From positions 12,064-76,063 of the forward strand of contig JAFVYC010000039.1 of NCBI GenBank assembly GCA_017500855.1: a DNA stretch of 64,000 nucleotides, written 5' to 3'. This document shows, in pieces, positions 28,066-36,579 of the stretch. Under the pieces are notes generated by a model that made no database searches, was not told the DNA's origin, and saw nothing but the letters and a program-made list of their open reading frames with translations. The DNA is from Clostridia bacterium. Its GTDB lineage: Bacteria > Bacillota > Clostridia > Christensenellales > CAG-314. Position numbers and translations under genes: made by a program. Positions within the stretch are counted from its first letter, which is position 1. The number at the start of each line of letters is the position of its first letter.

Positions 28066-28632
28066 CTACTTTTTGTTTTCTTCCGCTTGCGAACGGCGAA
28101 TATACAACGGCGTTAGCGTTTGGTCAAATTGCCCACTTTGAAACTTTTGTTCAACTAGGTCAAGCGAGCCATCCAAGTAGCCCAAACCACCTTGGCATTT
28201 GCCTGCATCAACCGTTCTTGCGTCGTCGTAGGCAACAAGGCAAGGTTCAACACCATTTGCCAAATCGGCAAAGTACCAACCGTTGCCGGCATCTATCACG
28301 GCTTTGCCACGCTTGCCACAGTTTGCCGAATTTGCAATTGCGTGCAAAGTGTTTACGGCAACAAAGGGTTTTGGGTGCGCCATTGCGTAGCCTTTGACGG
28401 TGGAAACACCAATGCGAATTCCCGTGAAACTACCGGGGCCAATTGCGCATGCGTAGGCATCCAAATCGGCAAAGGAAGCACCGTGTTGATGCAATGCTTG
28501 TTGCACTTTTTGGCAAAGTTTTTCGCTGTGGTGCGTGCCAACGTCCTTTTCGGAAACGTTGGTCGTGCCGTTTTCGTCCAATATTGCAACCACCAAATCG
28601 GCAGTTGTTGTGTCTACAAAAAGAATTTTCAT
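28066..28632 (-). CDS. tsaB: tRNA t6A37 threonylcarbamoyltransferase complex dimerisation subunit
   Basis: ORF 28066-28752. Start moved to ATG 28632. MKILFVDTTT... and ACAIGPGSFTGIRIGVSTVKG are TsaB/YeaZ signatures. Confidence 0.85.
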   Translation of the reverse strand: MKILFVDTTTADLVVAILDENGTTNVSEKDVGTHHSEKLCQKVQQALHQHGASFADLDAYACAIGPGSFTGIRIGVSTVKGYAMAHPKPFVAVNTLHAIANSANCGKRGKAVIDAGNGWYFADLANGVEPCLVAYDDARTVDAGKCQGGLGYLDGSLDLVEQKFQSGQFDQTLTPLYIRRSQAEENKK

Positions 28633-29054
28633 TGTTGTGCCTTTTCTACGGAAATTTGTCGGCTGGTTTCGGATAGTTTTGTGATGCTGATTTTGATTGC
28701 TACGTTTTTGGGAATGAGGTCGGCAACGTTTTGCCACCATTCCACGGCGCAAACCCCGTTTTTTTGGTAGAAAAATTCGTCCAATCCAAGCATTTCCGCT
28801 TCGGCAGGGTCGTCAATTCGGTAAAAATCAAAATGGTTGAGTTGCAGTTTGCCTTGGTAGGCGTTGTGCAAAGCAAAAGTTGGGCTTGTGATAACGTCGG
28901 AAATGCCAAGTCCAAGCGCCAAACCCTTTACAAAGTGCGTTTTGCCTGCGCCCATGTCGCCATCCAACAGCAACACTTCGCCACCAACCAACGTGCTTGC
29001 AAATTGTTCGGCAAACAGTTGCGTTTGCTCCACACTGTGGGAAATAAATTGCAT
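28629..29054 (-). CDS. tsaE: tRNA t6A37 threonylcarbamoyltransferase complex ATPase subunit
   Basis: ORF 28629-29150. Start moved to ATG 29054 (AGGAGA SD). LLLDGDMGAGKTHFVKGLA Walker A and SPTFAL...HFDFYR are TsaE/YjeE signatures. Confidence 0.85.
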   Translation of the reverse strand: MQFISHSVEQTQLFAEQFASTLVGGEVLLLDGDMGAGKTHFVKGLALGLGISDVITSPTFALHNAYQGKLQLNHFDFYRIDDPAEAEMLGLDEFFYQKNGVCAVEWWQNVADLIPKNVAIKISITKLSETSRQISVEKAQQ

Positions 29055-29149
29055 AGTTCTCCTTGGTTTACATTCCAAACTTTGTTTGGATTTTTCTTCT
29101 AGAATTATACTACAATATTTTGCTTTTGGCAACAAAAACAAACAACACA

Positions 29150-29186
29150 AATGCGTGCCGACAAATTGTCAACACGCATTTTTTTG
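29150..29186 (-). terminator. Hairpin terminator downstream of the oxidoreductase gene
   Basis: AATGCGTG / CACGCATT stem with an inner GACAA/TTGTC. T-rich on both strands. Confidence 0.55.
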
Positions 29187-29199
29187 ATAGGTGCTTTTG

Positions 29200-30900
29200 C
29201 TACAACTTGAAGCATTTGTCCATTCCGCAACTGTAGCAATGCGCCGACGCCACCTGTTCAGTCACAATACTGCTGTACAACCTGTAGCCACCGGAAAAAT
29301 TGTAGGCATCAAACCCATGTTGCGCCAAAATTCTTGTTGCCAAATAACTGCGCACTCCGCTTTGGCACATGACGTATACTTTTTTGTTTTTGTCAAGTTT
29401 GTTGATGCTTTGGCGAAGTTCGTCCAACGGGATGTTGACAAACCCTTCCACATGCCCCCATTTGTACTCTTGTTCAGTGCGTGTGTCCAAAAGCACAACG
29501 TCTTGTCGATGGCAAAGGGACGGAAGGTCCTGCACGTAGAACTGTTTTACAACGCCTTTTTTGATGTTGTCCACAACAAATCCAAGCATGTTCACAGGGT
29601 CTTTTGCCGATGAAAAAGGTGGGGCATAGGCAAGGTCCAAGTCCATCAGTTGATGAGCCTTCAATCCTGCACGCATTGCAGTTGCAATGACGTCTATGCG
29701 CTTGTCCACACCGTCATAGCCAACGATTTGCGCTCCAAGAATTTTGTACGTTTGTTGTTCAAACACAAGTTTCAACGTCATTGCGCTTGCATTTGGGTAG
29801 TAGTCTGCGTGGGAATTTTGCGTTAGCACCACCGATTGGCATTGGAAACCACTGGATTTTGCCTGAAATTCGTTCAAGCCTGTTGTTGCAACTGCCATGT
29901 CGAACAACTTGATAACTGACGTGCCCTGCGCCCCCTGGTACTCTGTTGGAAATCCGCAAACGTTGTTGGCAACCACTCTTGCTTGCTTGTTGGCAGGCCC
30001 CGCAAGAGAAACCAGCGCATCTTGTTGCGTTACAAAGTGCCTAATTTGCACTGCATCGCCAACGGCAAACACATCCGGTGCGGAAGTTTGCATGTGGCTG
30101 TCCACCTTGATTGCGCCCCTTGCACCCAATTCCAATCCTGCCCGCTCAGCCAGGGCAGTGTCCGGCTGTACACCGATTGCAACAACCACCATGTCGGCGC
30201 AGGCGTGCTGTCCGTCTTGAAAATCCAAAACAATTTTGTCGCCGTCAAACCGCATGCTTTGCGTGTTTTTTCCCAACAAAATTTCAACACCCTTGCTACG
30301 CAGTTTTGCATGCACGAAAGATGCCATGTCGCAATCCAAAATGGGCAAAAGATGGTTGGAAAGTTGCACTACCGACACGGACATGCCCAAATTGCGCAAA
30401 TTTTCCGCCATTTCCAAGCCAACGAAGCCACCACCAACAACAATTGCGCTTTTTGGGTGTTTTTGGTGGACGTGTTGGGATATTTTTAGTGTGTCTTCCA
30501 CCGTGCGCAAAGTAAACACGCCTTCGTGCTGAACGTAAAACGGCGGAACGATTGGTTTTGCGCCGGTAGCCAACACAAGTTTGTCGTAGGTTTCCACAAA
30601 GGTTTGCCCTGTTGCCAAATTTGTGACATTGAGCGTTTTGTTTTGCACGTCCACGTCGGTTACTTCATGGTTTACCTTTGCAACAATGTTGAAACGTTTG
30701 AAAAAACTTTGAGGTGTTTGCAAAGTAAGCAACGAAGCGTCGTTTATTACCCCACCCACGTAGTAGGGCAATCCACAGTTGGCATAGGAAATAAACCCAG
30801 AACGTTCGTAAATTACAATTTCTGCCTTTTCGTTTAGTCGCCTCAGCCTTGTGGCTGTGCTTGCACCACCTGCAACACCGCCAATAATGACAATTTTCAT
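29200..30900 (-). CDS. FAD-dependent pyridine nucleotide-disulfide oxidoreductase with C-terminal rhodanese domain (CoA-disulfide/persulfide reductase-like)
   Basis: ORF 29200-31008. Start moved to ATG 30900 (AGGAG SD). MKIVIIGGVAGGAS, redox Cys in SYANCGLPYY, second GGGFVGLE dinucleotide fold, rhodanese loop VYVMCQSGVRS. Confidence 0.85.
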   Translation of the reverse strand: MKIVIIGGVAGGASTATRLRRLNEKAEIVIYERSGFISYANCGLPYYVGGVINDASLLTLQTPQSFFKRFNIVAKVNHEVTDVDVQNKTLNVTNLATGQTFVETYDKLVLATGAKPIVPPFYVQHEGVFTLRTVEDTLKISQHVHQKHPKSAIVVGGGFVGLEMAENLRNLGMSVSVVQLSNHLLPILDCDMASFVHAKLRSKGVEILLGKNTQSMRFDGDKIVLDFQDGQHACADMVVVAIGVQPDTALAERAGLELGARGAIKVDSHMQTSAPDVFAVGDAVQIRHFVTQQDALVSLAGPANKQARVVANNVCGFPTEYQGAQGTSVIKLFDMAVATTGLNEFQAKSSGFQCQSVVLTQNSHADYYPNASAMTLKLVFEQQTYKILGAQIVGYDGVDKRIDVIATAMRAGLKAHQLMDLDLAYAPPFSSAKDPVNMLGFVVDNIKKGVVKQFYVQDLPSLCHRQDVVLLDTRTEQEYKWGHVEGFVNIPLDELRQSINKLDKNKKVYVMCQSGVRSYLATRILAQHGFDAYNFSGGYRLYSSIVTEQVASAHCYSCGMDKCFKL

Positions 30901-30971
30901 GGTTGTTTGCTCCTTTTTTCTTATTATATACTTTTTTGCAACTTTTTTCAATACTTTTCCATTTATATAAC

Positions 30972-31012
30972 AAAAAAATCTTTGCCTTGTGACAAGCACC
31001 TTAGGCAAAGAT
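30972..31012 (-). terminator. Terminator of ribU
   Basis: ATCTTTGCCT / AGGCAAAGAT 10-bp stem with U7 on the minus strand. Confidence 0.7.
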
Positions 31013-31077
31013 TTGCTGTTTGCTAGATATTTTGGACGTTGTCAATTTTTTCGACGTTGCTTTTTGCCAAGCCAAGG

Positions 31078-31734
31078 CTACTTTCTGCCCCAATGCAAAA
31101 TTTTGGAAAGTGGCTTGTACACAAAGTACGTCACAACTGCGCTGATAACGCAACGAAGCAAATTGAAGGGAATTGCGGCAAGGAAGATGTAGTAGGTGTA
31201 GAAGTTGTCTACCGTCACACCGCTGTACAACGAAGAAACTGCGTTTACAATTGTTTGCATTCCTGCAGATGCATCGCCATTGCCAAAAGTCATTGCGTAG
31301 AAGGGGATCAGCACAAAACGGTTTGCAAGCGCACTTACAAACACAGCGCAAGCCGTGCCAACAGCCATGCCCACAATTGCCGATTTTTTGTTCTTCATTT
31401 TGTGGTAGATGATGCTTGCAGGCAACGTGAATGCAATGCCCACCACAATGTCGGCAAGTTCGCCAACGCACGCAGTGGAAGTGAATGGCATTTTTAGCAC
31501 GCCCTTCACCACAATGATGATTACCGTTGCCCAAGGGCCAAGGGCAAAACCACCCAAAAGCGCAGGCAAGTCGGAAACTTGCAAGTCCAACCAAGGTGGG
31601 AAGAACGGCAGGTTGAAAATGGGAATCATTTTGGGAAGCAAGTACAAAATGTAGCCAATTGCCGACAAAATGCCCATCACAGCCAAGTTTTTGGTGGTGA
31701 AAAAGCGTTGTTTTGTTGTGTTTTGTTGTGTCAT
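31078..31734 (-). CDS. ribU: ECF-type riboflavin transporter S component
   Basis: ORF 31078-31890. Start moved to ATG 31734 (AGGAGG SD). Six-TM S-component pattern (GELADIVVG, IPFNLLRCVIS). Directly preceded by an FMN riboswitch. Confidence 0.8.
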   Translation of the reverse strand: MTQQNTTKQRFFTTKNLAVMGILSAIGYILYLLPKMIPIFNLPFFPPWLDLQVSDLPALLGGFALGPWATVIIIVVKGVLKMPFTSTACVGELADIVVGIAFTLPASIIYHKMKNKKSAIVGMAVGTACAVFVSALANRFVLIPFYAMTFGNGDASAGMQTIVNAVSSLYSGVTVDNFYTYYIFLAAIPFNLLRCVISAVVTYFVYKPLSKILHWGRK

Positions 31735-31791
31735 TTTTGTCCTCCTTTGTTTGGGTGGCATGCTTGGACTGTTTGCCAACCACGCCATTGC

Positions 31792-31994
31792 AAAGAAAAA
31801 CCCTGCGGAAAACATCCACAGGGCGCAATTTGACGCAAAAGTGGCAATTGAAAAATCAATTGCATCAATGTGTTCAAACTCTTTTCTCATCCGGACTGTA
31901 CCGTCGGCGCAGGAATTTCACCTGCTCGGCAATGGCAAAGCCATTGTTCATAGGCTGTACTATCGGTGTGGAATTGCACCACGCCCCAAAGATT
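31792..31994 (-). promoter_or_regulatory. FMN riboswitch (RFN element) with terminator expression platform
   Basis: Minus strand reads ..TCTTTGGGGCGTGGTGCAATTCCACACCGATAGTACAGCC...GGTGAAATTCCTGCGCCGACGGTACAGTCCGGATGAGAAAAGAG (aptamer about 31880-31994). It is followed by the CCCTGTGGA/TCCGCAGGG hairpin and T5 (31792-31823). Confidence 0.85.
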
Positions 31995-32013
31995 TTGTTT
32001 TGTTGTGGACTAC

Positions 32014-32042
32014 ATTATACCACACAACAGCGCACATTGCAA
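32014..32042 (-). promoter_or_regulatory. Promoter driving the FMN riboswitch-ribU transcript
   Basis: Minus strand reads TTGCAA (32042-32037), 17 nt, TGgTATAAT (-10 at 32019-32014). Confidence 0.65.
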
Positions 32043-32380
32043 GGATTTTGCAGTGGTTTGCGCAAAAACACAGCAAATTTTCCTCAATTGCACACAACGT
32101 TACGCCACAAACACTTGCATGAACCGTTGCATTTGAAGAGTATAGCAAAAAAAATTTGGAGCAACCATCTTTTGCGCAACATCAACAACTGCGCACCACA
32201 ACAATTGCATTTGACCGTTCAAACACCATCTAGCCATTGTTTGCACTTTCTTTCATTGCTGAGAATTGCTTGCCAACAAAACTGTTGCATTTGAAAAACC
32301 CCCAAAAACTGCGAAGAACAAGTTTCCAAGTTTAGCCAAAATGCCTAGGGGGGATGTTTGTCAATTGACAAAAGTCTTTC

Positions 32381-32417
32381 TCATAAAAAAGAAAAATGCA
32401 CCCAAATTTGGATGCAT
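32381..32417 (-). terminator. Terminator of the two-gene membrane operon
   Basis: ATGCAcCCAAA/TTTGGaTGCAT palindrome directly after the stop at 32423, followed on the minus strand by TTTTTCTTTTTT. Confidence 0.7.
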
Positions 32418-32422
32418 TTTGT

Positions 32423-33124
32423 CTAGCCAAATATCCAACTTAGTAGGAAGGATGCCAAAGCAATGATTCCGCCCCAAATAGCAATGGTTATCAACGTGGC
32501 AAGCACTTTTTCGCCAAAGGTCAGTGGAATGTCAACGTCGATGTCAATTTTGGTGTCGCAGTCCATTTCGTCCCAGTAGCCAATTTTGATTTGCTTTTGC
32601 TTGCGACCTTTTTGGTAGGTTACGTAGATTGCCCAAAGTTTGTAGGTGTACACTTCGCTTGTGTACTCAATGTGGTACCTGTTGATTCGAGTGCTTTTGG
32701 GCGTGAAGTTCAAATCGTACAAGTGCGACCTTACTTCGGATCCGCCAACTGATTCGGCAATTTCGCTTGCTTCACGTTGGTGGTAGTACTTAGAGCCGGT
32801 GAAATTCTTTTTGTATGCACGCTCCAACGTTCCTTCGTCGGCAGTACAACCCAAATCTACAAAGCACTTTTGCCCGGAAGTGAAATTCATGGATACCGTG
32901 CGCCTTGTTGTTGTGTCGCCATAGGTACTTTCGCCAACGCCCGTGGCATTGCCCACAACCCTGCCAAGCACAAACTTTGGTTTGCCACCAAACACAATGT
33001 TGTCGGCAGTGGCGTTTTGCAAGATTTCGTGGATTTTTTTGTGCTTTTTGGCATTTTTTTGCCATTGTTCGCTAGAAATGTAGTTTTTTAGCGCTTGTAG
33101 CGCTCTTTCCTCTACCGTTGCCAT
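32423..33124 (-). CDS. Hypothetical protein with a C-terminal TM anchor (233 aa)
   Basis: Complete ORF 4 nt after the upstream gene. About 200-aa soluble domain, then VLATLITIAIWGGIIALASFLLSWIFG. No recognisable motif. Confidence 0.65.
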   Translation of the reverse strand: MATVEERALQALKNYISSEQWQKNAKKHKKIHEILQNATADNIVFGGKPKFVLGRVVGNATGVGESTYGDTTTRRTVSMNFTSGQKCFVDLGCTADEGTLERAYKKNFTGSKYYHQREASEIAESVGGSEVRSHLYDLNFTPKSTRINRYHIEYTSEVYTYKLWAIYVTYQKGRKQKQIKIGYWDEMDCDTKIDIDVDIPLTFGEKVLATLITIAIWGGIIALASFLLSWIFG

Positions 33125-33127
33125 TGC

Positions 33128-33595
33128 CTACTCCTTGGTTTCTGCCTTTTCAGCCTTGAGTTCCTTGGAATACTTGACAATGTCTTTGATGTTCCAAACC
33201 ATTCTGATGGGAACAACAACCGGTCCAGCAATTACGCCACCCAAAATTCCGCCAATGAAACCACCAATAAAACCAAAAATACGTCCGCTGAGTGGGTGAT
33301 TTTCTACTGTGCCGTGGGAATCAACTGTGTAGGTGTTTGCACCACGTTTTGCGCCTTTTCGTGCTTGCGTTTTGGATTGACCAAACGCACGGCCAAGTGT
33401 TTCTCGCAAAATTGCAACGGCGCACAAAGCACCCCAAATACCCCACGCCATGAGAAAACGCAAGAATGCATCCATTTCGGGATTGTTGTTGATTGTGTTG
33501 ATAAATGCAAAAAGACCAACAGCCCACAATACAACCTTTAGAGCCAACCAAATGATTTTCCAAACAAGATTCCAAACAATTTTACCTTTACTCAT
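33128..33595 (-). CDS. Hypothetical small membrane protein (155 aa) with a glycine-zipper helix
   Basis: AGGAGG SD. Two N-terminal TMs, a basic loop (KTQARKGAKRG), then GRIFGFIGGFIGGILGGVIAGPVVV and a K/E-rich tail. Confidence 0.65.
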   Translation of the reverse strand: MSKGKIVWNLVWKIIWLALKVVLWAVGLFAFINTINNNPEMDAFLRFLMAWGIWGALCAVAILRETLGRAFGQSKTQARKGAKRGANTYTVDSHGTVENHPLSGRIFGFIGGFIGGILGGVIAGPVVVPIRMVWNIKDIVKYSKELKAEKAETKE

Positions 33596-33634
33596 TTACT
33601 TTCCTCCTTAGTAAAATTTTTTTAAGGTAAAAAA

Positions 33635-33663
33635 ATATTACCATAGAATATTCTATATGTCAA
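33635..33663 (-). promoter_or_regulatory. Promoter of 33595-32423 operon with a 14-bp palindromic operator in the spacer
   Basis: Minus strand reads TTGACA (33663-33658), 17 nt, TAATAT (33640-33635). The perfect palindrome ATAGAATATTCTAT (33643-33656) fills the spacer. A half-site TATAGAAT (33671-33678) lies upstream of the divergent TATAAT (33685-33690). Confidence 0.65.
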
Positions 33664-33709
33664 GTAAAATTATAGAATTTTAGATATAATAAAAGAAAGA
33701 GGTGTTGAC

Positions 33710-33925
33710 GTGAAAAACTGCGAATTTAGTGATATTCTTCGGCATTTCTTGAAAGTTAACAATTTGACACAAACTGCCTTTGCACAAAAAATTGGCGTGA
33801 AACAGAGCCAAGTGAGCGAATGGCTGAAAGGCAAAGCAAAACCCGGCTACGACAGTTTGAAACAAATGGTTGTTGCTTTTGAAATTTCCGCAGAATACCT
33901 GTTGGGATTGGAAGAAGAGTTTTGA
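33710..33925 (+). CDS. XRE-family helix-turn-helix transcriptional regulator (71 aa)
   Basis: GTG start 5 nt after AGAGGTG. LTQTAFAQKIGVKQSQVSEWLKGKAKP is a classic Cro/C1-type HTH. Confidence 0.85.
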   Translation: MKNCEFSDILRHFLKVNNLTQTAFAQKIGVKQSQVSEWLKGKAKPGYDSLKQMVVAFEISAEYLLGLEEEF

Positions 33926-34184
33926 TTGGTTGCAATTGATTTGCATGAAATGCAACTGCTTGTTGGCAACAAACGAGATTGCAACACACAACCGAAGTGC
34001 GCACCATTGCTTTGTTAGTACATTATTGAACAAGTGCATGGCATTTGGTTGAACACATTGGGCAAAATGGCTTGCGAAACAATGAAATTGTGAATTAGTG
34101 AAGTATATAAAATGTAAAAATTTGAAAATACTTGTTTGATTGTTTGTTGTAGTTTTTAGAAAAAGTAGGACTAAAGTTTTTGTT

Positions 34185-34426
34185 GAAATTTTCACAGCAT
34201 CTAAGCAACAATTATTTTTTAGAAAACTTTGCACAGCATTTAGAAACGCCAAATATTTGTTCGAAGTTATGCGAAGTATCTAAAAAACTGCAAAGTGATT
34301 GTTCGAAATTTTTCACAACATCTAAGCAAAAATTATTTGTTAGAAAATTTTGCACGGCATTTAGAAAACACCAAAAATTTGTTCGAGGTTGTGCAAAGTA
34401 TCTAAAAAATGCAAAGTGATTGTTTG
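34185..34426. repeat. Tandem repeat, 2 x about 120 bp (each built of about 40-bp sub-repeats)
   Basis: Copy 1 at 34185-34304 and copy 2 at 34305-34426 are closely similar (GAAATTTTCACAGCATCTAAGCAA...GTATCTAAAAAACTGCAAAGTGATTGTTC). Internal reiterations of GCA.A.(C/T)AT(C/T)TA(A/G).AA. Confidence 0.8.
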
Positions 34427-34505
34427 AAGTTTTGCAAAAACAAATCTCAAAAAAAACATAAACCACAAAATTATATACAATATAATATAAATTTCCAAAA
34501 ATAAA

Positions 34506-34545
34506 GAGCAAACGGCAAGGCAAAAACCTGCTGTTTGCTCCTTTT
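34506..34545 (-). terminator. Terminator of deoC
   Basis: GAGCAAAC(G)GCA...TGC(T)GTTTGCTC stem. T-rich tail on the minus strand. Confidence 0.6.
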
Positions 34546-34588
34546 GTTAGTTGACTTGTTTTGGTGCAATCAAATTGCGTTGGCAAAT

Positions 34589-35239
34589 TTAGCCCTTGCA
34601 AATTGTTACGCCACCACTTGTGCCAATACGGTCGGCACCTGCTTGAATCATGGCAATTGCATCGTCGTGCGTGCGAACGCCACCGCTTGCCTTGACTTGA
34701 AGGCCGTGGGGTTTTACAGTTTGCGCCATCAATGCAACGTCGTGAAGGGTTGCGCCACCTGTGCCAAAGCCTGTGCTTGTTTTGACAAACGTTGCGCCTG
34801 CGTTTACACAAGCAATGCAAGCATTTTCAATTTGTTTTGGTGTGAGGTTGCAAGTTTCCAAAATGACTTTTACAGTCAAGCCCTTGGCAGCCTTTACAAC
34901 TGCGGAAACTTCCTTTTCTACCTTTTTCCAACTGTTGGATTTTGCCCAACTTTGGCTGATTACCATGTCGATTTCCGTTGCGCCAAGTTTGATGGCATTT
35001 TTTGTTTCGAAAACTTTGGTTGCAGTTGTGTTTTCGCCAAGAGGGAAGCCAACAACCGTGCAAACCTCTACGTCGCTACCTTCCAACAATTTGGCAGCAA
35101 GTTTGATGTGTTGTGGGTTTACGCAAACGGAAGCAAAGCCGTGCTGAATTGCTTCTTGGCAAAGAGTTTCTATTTGACTGTTTTTTGCAGGTTTGAGCAA
35201 TGTGTGGTCGATGGTTTTTGCAAGTTGTTGAGTTGTCAT
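34589..35239 (-). CDS. deoC: Deoxyribose-phosphate aldolase
   Basis: IDHTLLKP, CVNP, VVGFPLG, EIDMVI, KVILET and FVKTSTGF (Schiff-base Lys) are DeoC signatures. Confidence 0.92.
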   Translation of the reverse strand: MTTQQLAKTIDHTLLKPAKNSQIETLCQEAIQHGFASVCVNPQHIKLAAKLLEGSDVEVCTVVGFPLGENTTATKVFETKNAIKLGATEIDMVISQSWAKSNSWKKVEKEVSAVVKAAKGLTVKVILETCNLTPKQIENACIACVNAGATFVKTSTGFGTGGATLHDVALMAQTVKPHGLQVKASGGVRTHDDAIAMIQAGADRIGTSGGVTICKG

Positions 35240-35402
35240 TTTTCCTCCTGTAAGCGCAAAAAATGTGTTTGTTGAAGTTTGCGCCTTTTGTTGGCAAAAT
35301 TATACCACATCTCTCGCCACATTTCAACAGTTTTGCCAAAAATTACGCAAAACTAGGTGGAAATTTGTGCAAAAGCAACGAAATTGATAAGCAAAAAGCC
35401 AC

Positions 35403-35816
35403 CTACTTGGCAAACTTGTGTGGCAACGGGTGTGTGGAAAGATGCTCCAACGCACGCTGAAGAAGGTCTTGCACAAACTGTTGCTTTTGGCTTTCGTCCA
35501 TGCCGTCGGTGCTGTCGATGGCTTGCATCACCCTTGGGCTCATAGAAACCACCACAATGGAAAAGTTTTGAAGTTGGCAAATTTGCTGTTGCAATTCTTG
35601 CTTCATTTGGTCGAAATTGCTTTTGGTGGAAATTTTTTGCGGTTTTATGCAAAGCAAACAGCAGTTGTTGTACACAACGCAACGTGCCTTTTCCACGTTG
35701 GGGTGCTGTTGGGCAATGCTTTCTATTTGACTTTCCAAATTGGTTGCCATTGCAACCGAAGGTGCGCAAAGCGCAATGGCAAGGGCAATGCAAATTGTTG
35801 CTACAAGGTACTTCAT
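35403..35816 (-). CDS. Secreted protein, YhcN/YlaJ sporulation-lipoprotein-like (weak)
   Basis: ORF 35403-36209. Start moved to ATG 35816 (AAGGGGGA SD). Signal peptide MKYLVATICIALAIALCAPSVAMA. VEKARCVV...LLCIKP...IVVVSMSP pattern resembles YhcN/YlaJ. Confidence 0.5.
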   Translation of the reverse strand: MKYLVATICIALAIALCAPSVAMATNLESQIESIAQQHPNVEKARCVVYNNCCLLCIKPQKISTKSNFDQMKQELQQQICQLQNFSIVVVSMSPRVMQAIDSTDGMDESQKQQFVQDLLQRALEHLSTHPLPHKFAK

Positions 35817-36018
35817 GGAAATCCCCCTTTTTCGTTTTGAACTAGCATGTGCAAAACTTGCAAAAACATACCTGTTGCAAAACAAGGCAAATACCGACAA
35901 ATTGATGCAATCAACGTGCAACAACATTTGGTACAATGCACACAAAACAACTGCCAACGTTGAAAAAATGTGCATTTTTGCACCACGGGTTGGCAGTTTT
36001 GAAATTTGGAGGGAGCAA

Positions 36019-36186
36019 ATGGACGTTACAGTTGTTGTGACAGTTTGCACAACGGGCATTGTGTTGTGCCTGGTGTACATTGTTGTGCTTGTGGCAAAGA
36101 GTTTGAAAAGCAAGTTTACAAAACTTAGCAAAGAAGAATTTGAAATTGACGAAGACGTGCTAACAGTTTCCGTCAAAGGCAAATAG
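36019..36186 (+). CDS. Small single-TM protein (55 aa)
   Basis: ATG after GGAGGG. MDVTVVVTVCTTGIVLCLVYIVVLVAKSLKSKF... Followed 3 nt later by a strong terminator. Confidence 0.5.
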   Translation: MDVTVVVTVCTTGIVLCLVYIVVLVAKSLKSKFTKLSKEEFEIDEDVLTVSVKGK

Positions 36187-36188
36187 CA

Positions 36189-36218
36189 ATGCGTGCCTAA
36201 CTGGGGCACGCATTTTTT
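36189..36218 (+). terminator. Intrinsic terminator
   Basis: ATGCGTGCC / GGCACGCAT 9-bp stem, 7-nt loop, T6. Confidence 0.8.
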
Positions 36219-36579
36219 GTTTCATTACTTTGCTGAATTGTGTTTGCCAATTGCATGCCAATTTGTTTGTGTAAACTTTTGCGCCACAATGCTTTGTTGT
36301 GTTGTTCACAAAGAAAAACCCCACCACGTGGTGAGGTTTTTGTGTTTTTAGAACAATTTGATTGTTGCGTAGTTAGGTGGCAAACCTGCTTTGCAACGGT
36401 TGCCACTGCCACGCAGTTTTTGCAGTTAGAAACGTTTGCAAAAGAGCGTTTTTCCACACACGGGGTGGCACTTTTGCTGTTTTTGCAACTTTGCACAGCC
36501 AATCAACGCAGTTTGCGCTCTACGCTTTGCCAACGACTTTTTGCACACACGGGGTGGGCTTTTTGGCAAAATGGCAGTT

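Noticed and set aside
34185-34426. Possibility that the 34.2-kb or 59.5-kb repeat arrays are CRISPR arrays.
   Set aside because: The repeats are long (40/120 bp), imperfect and contiguous, without unique spacers of uniform length. No cas genes are in the window.
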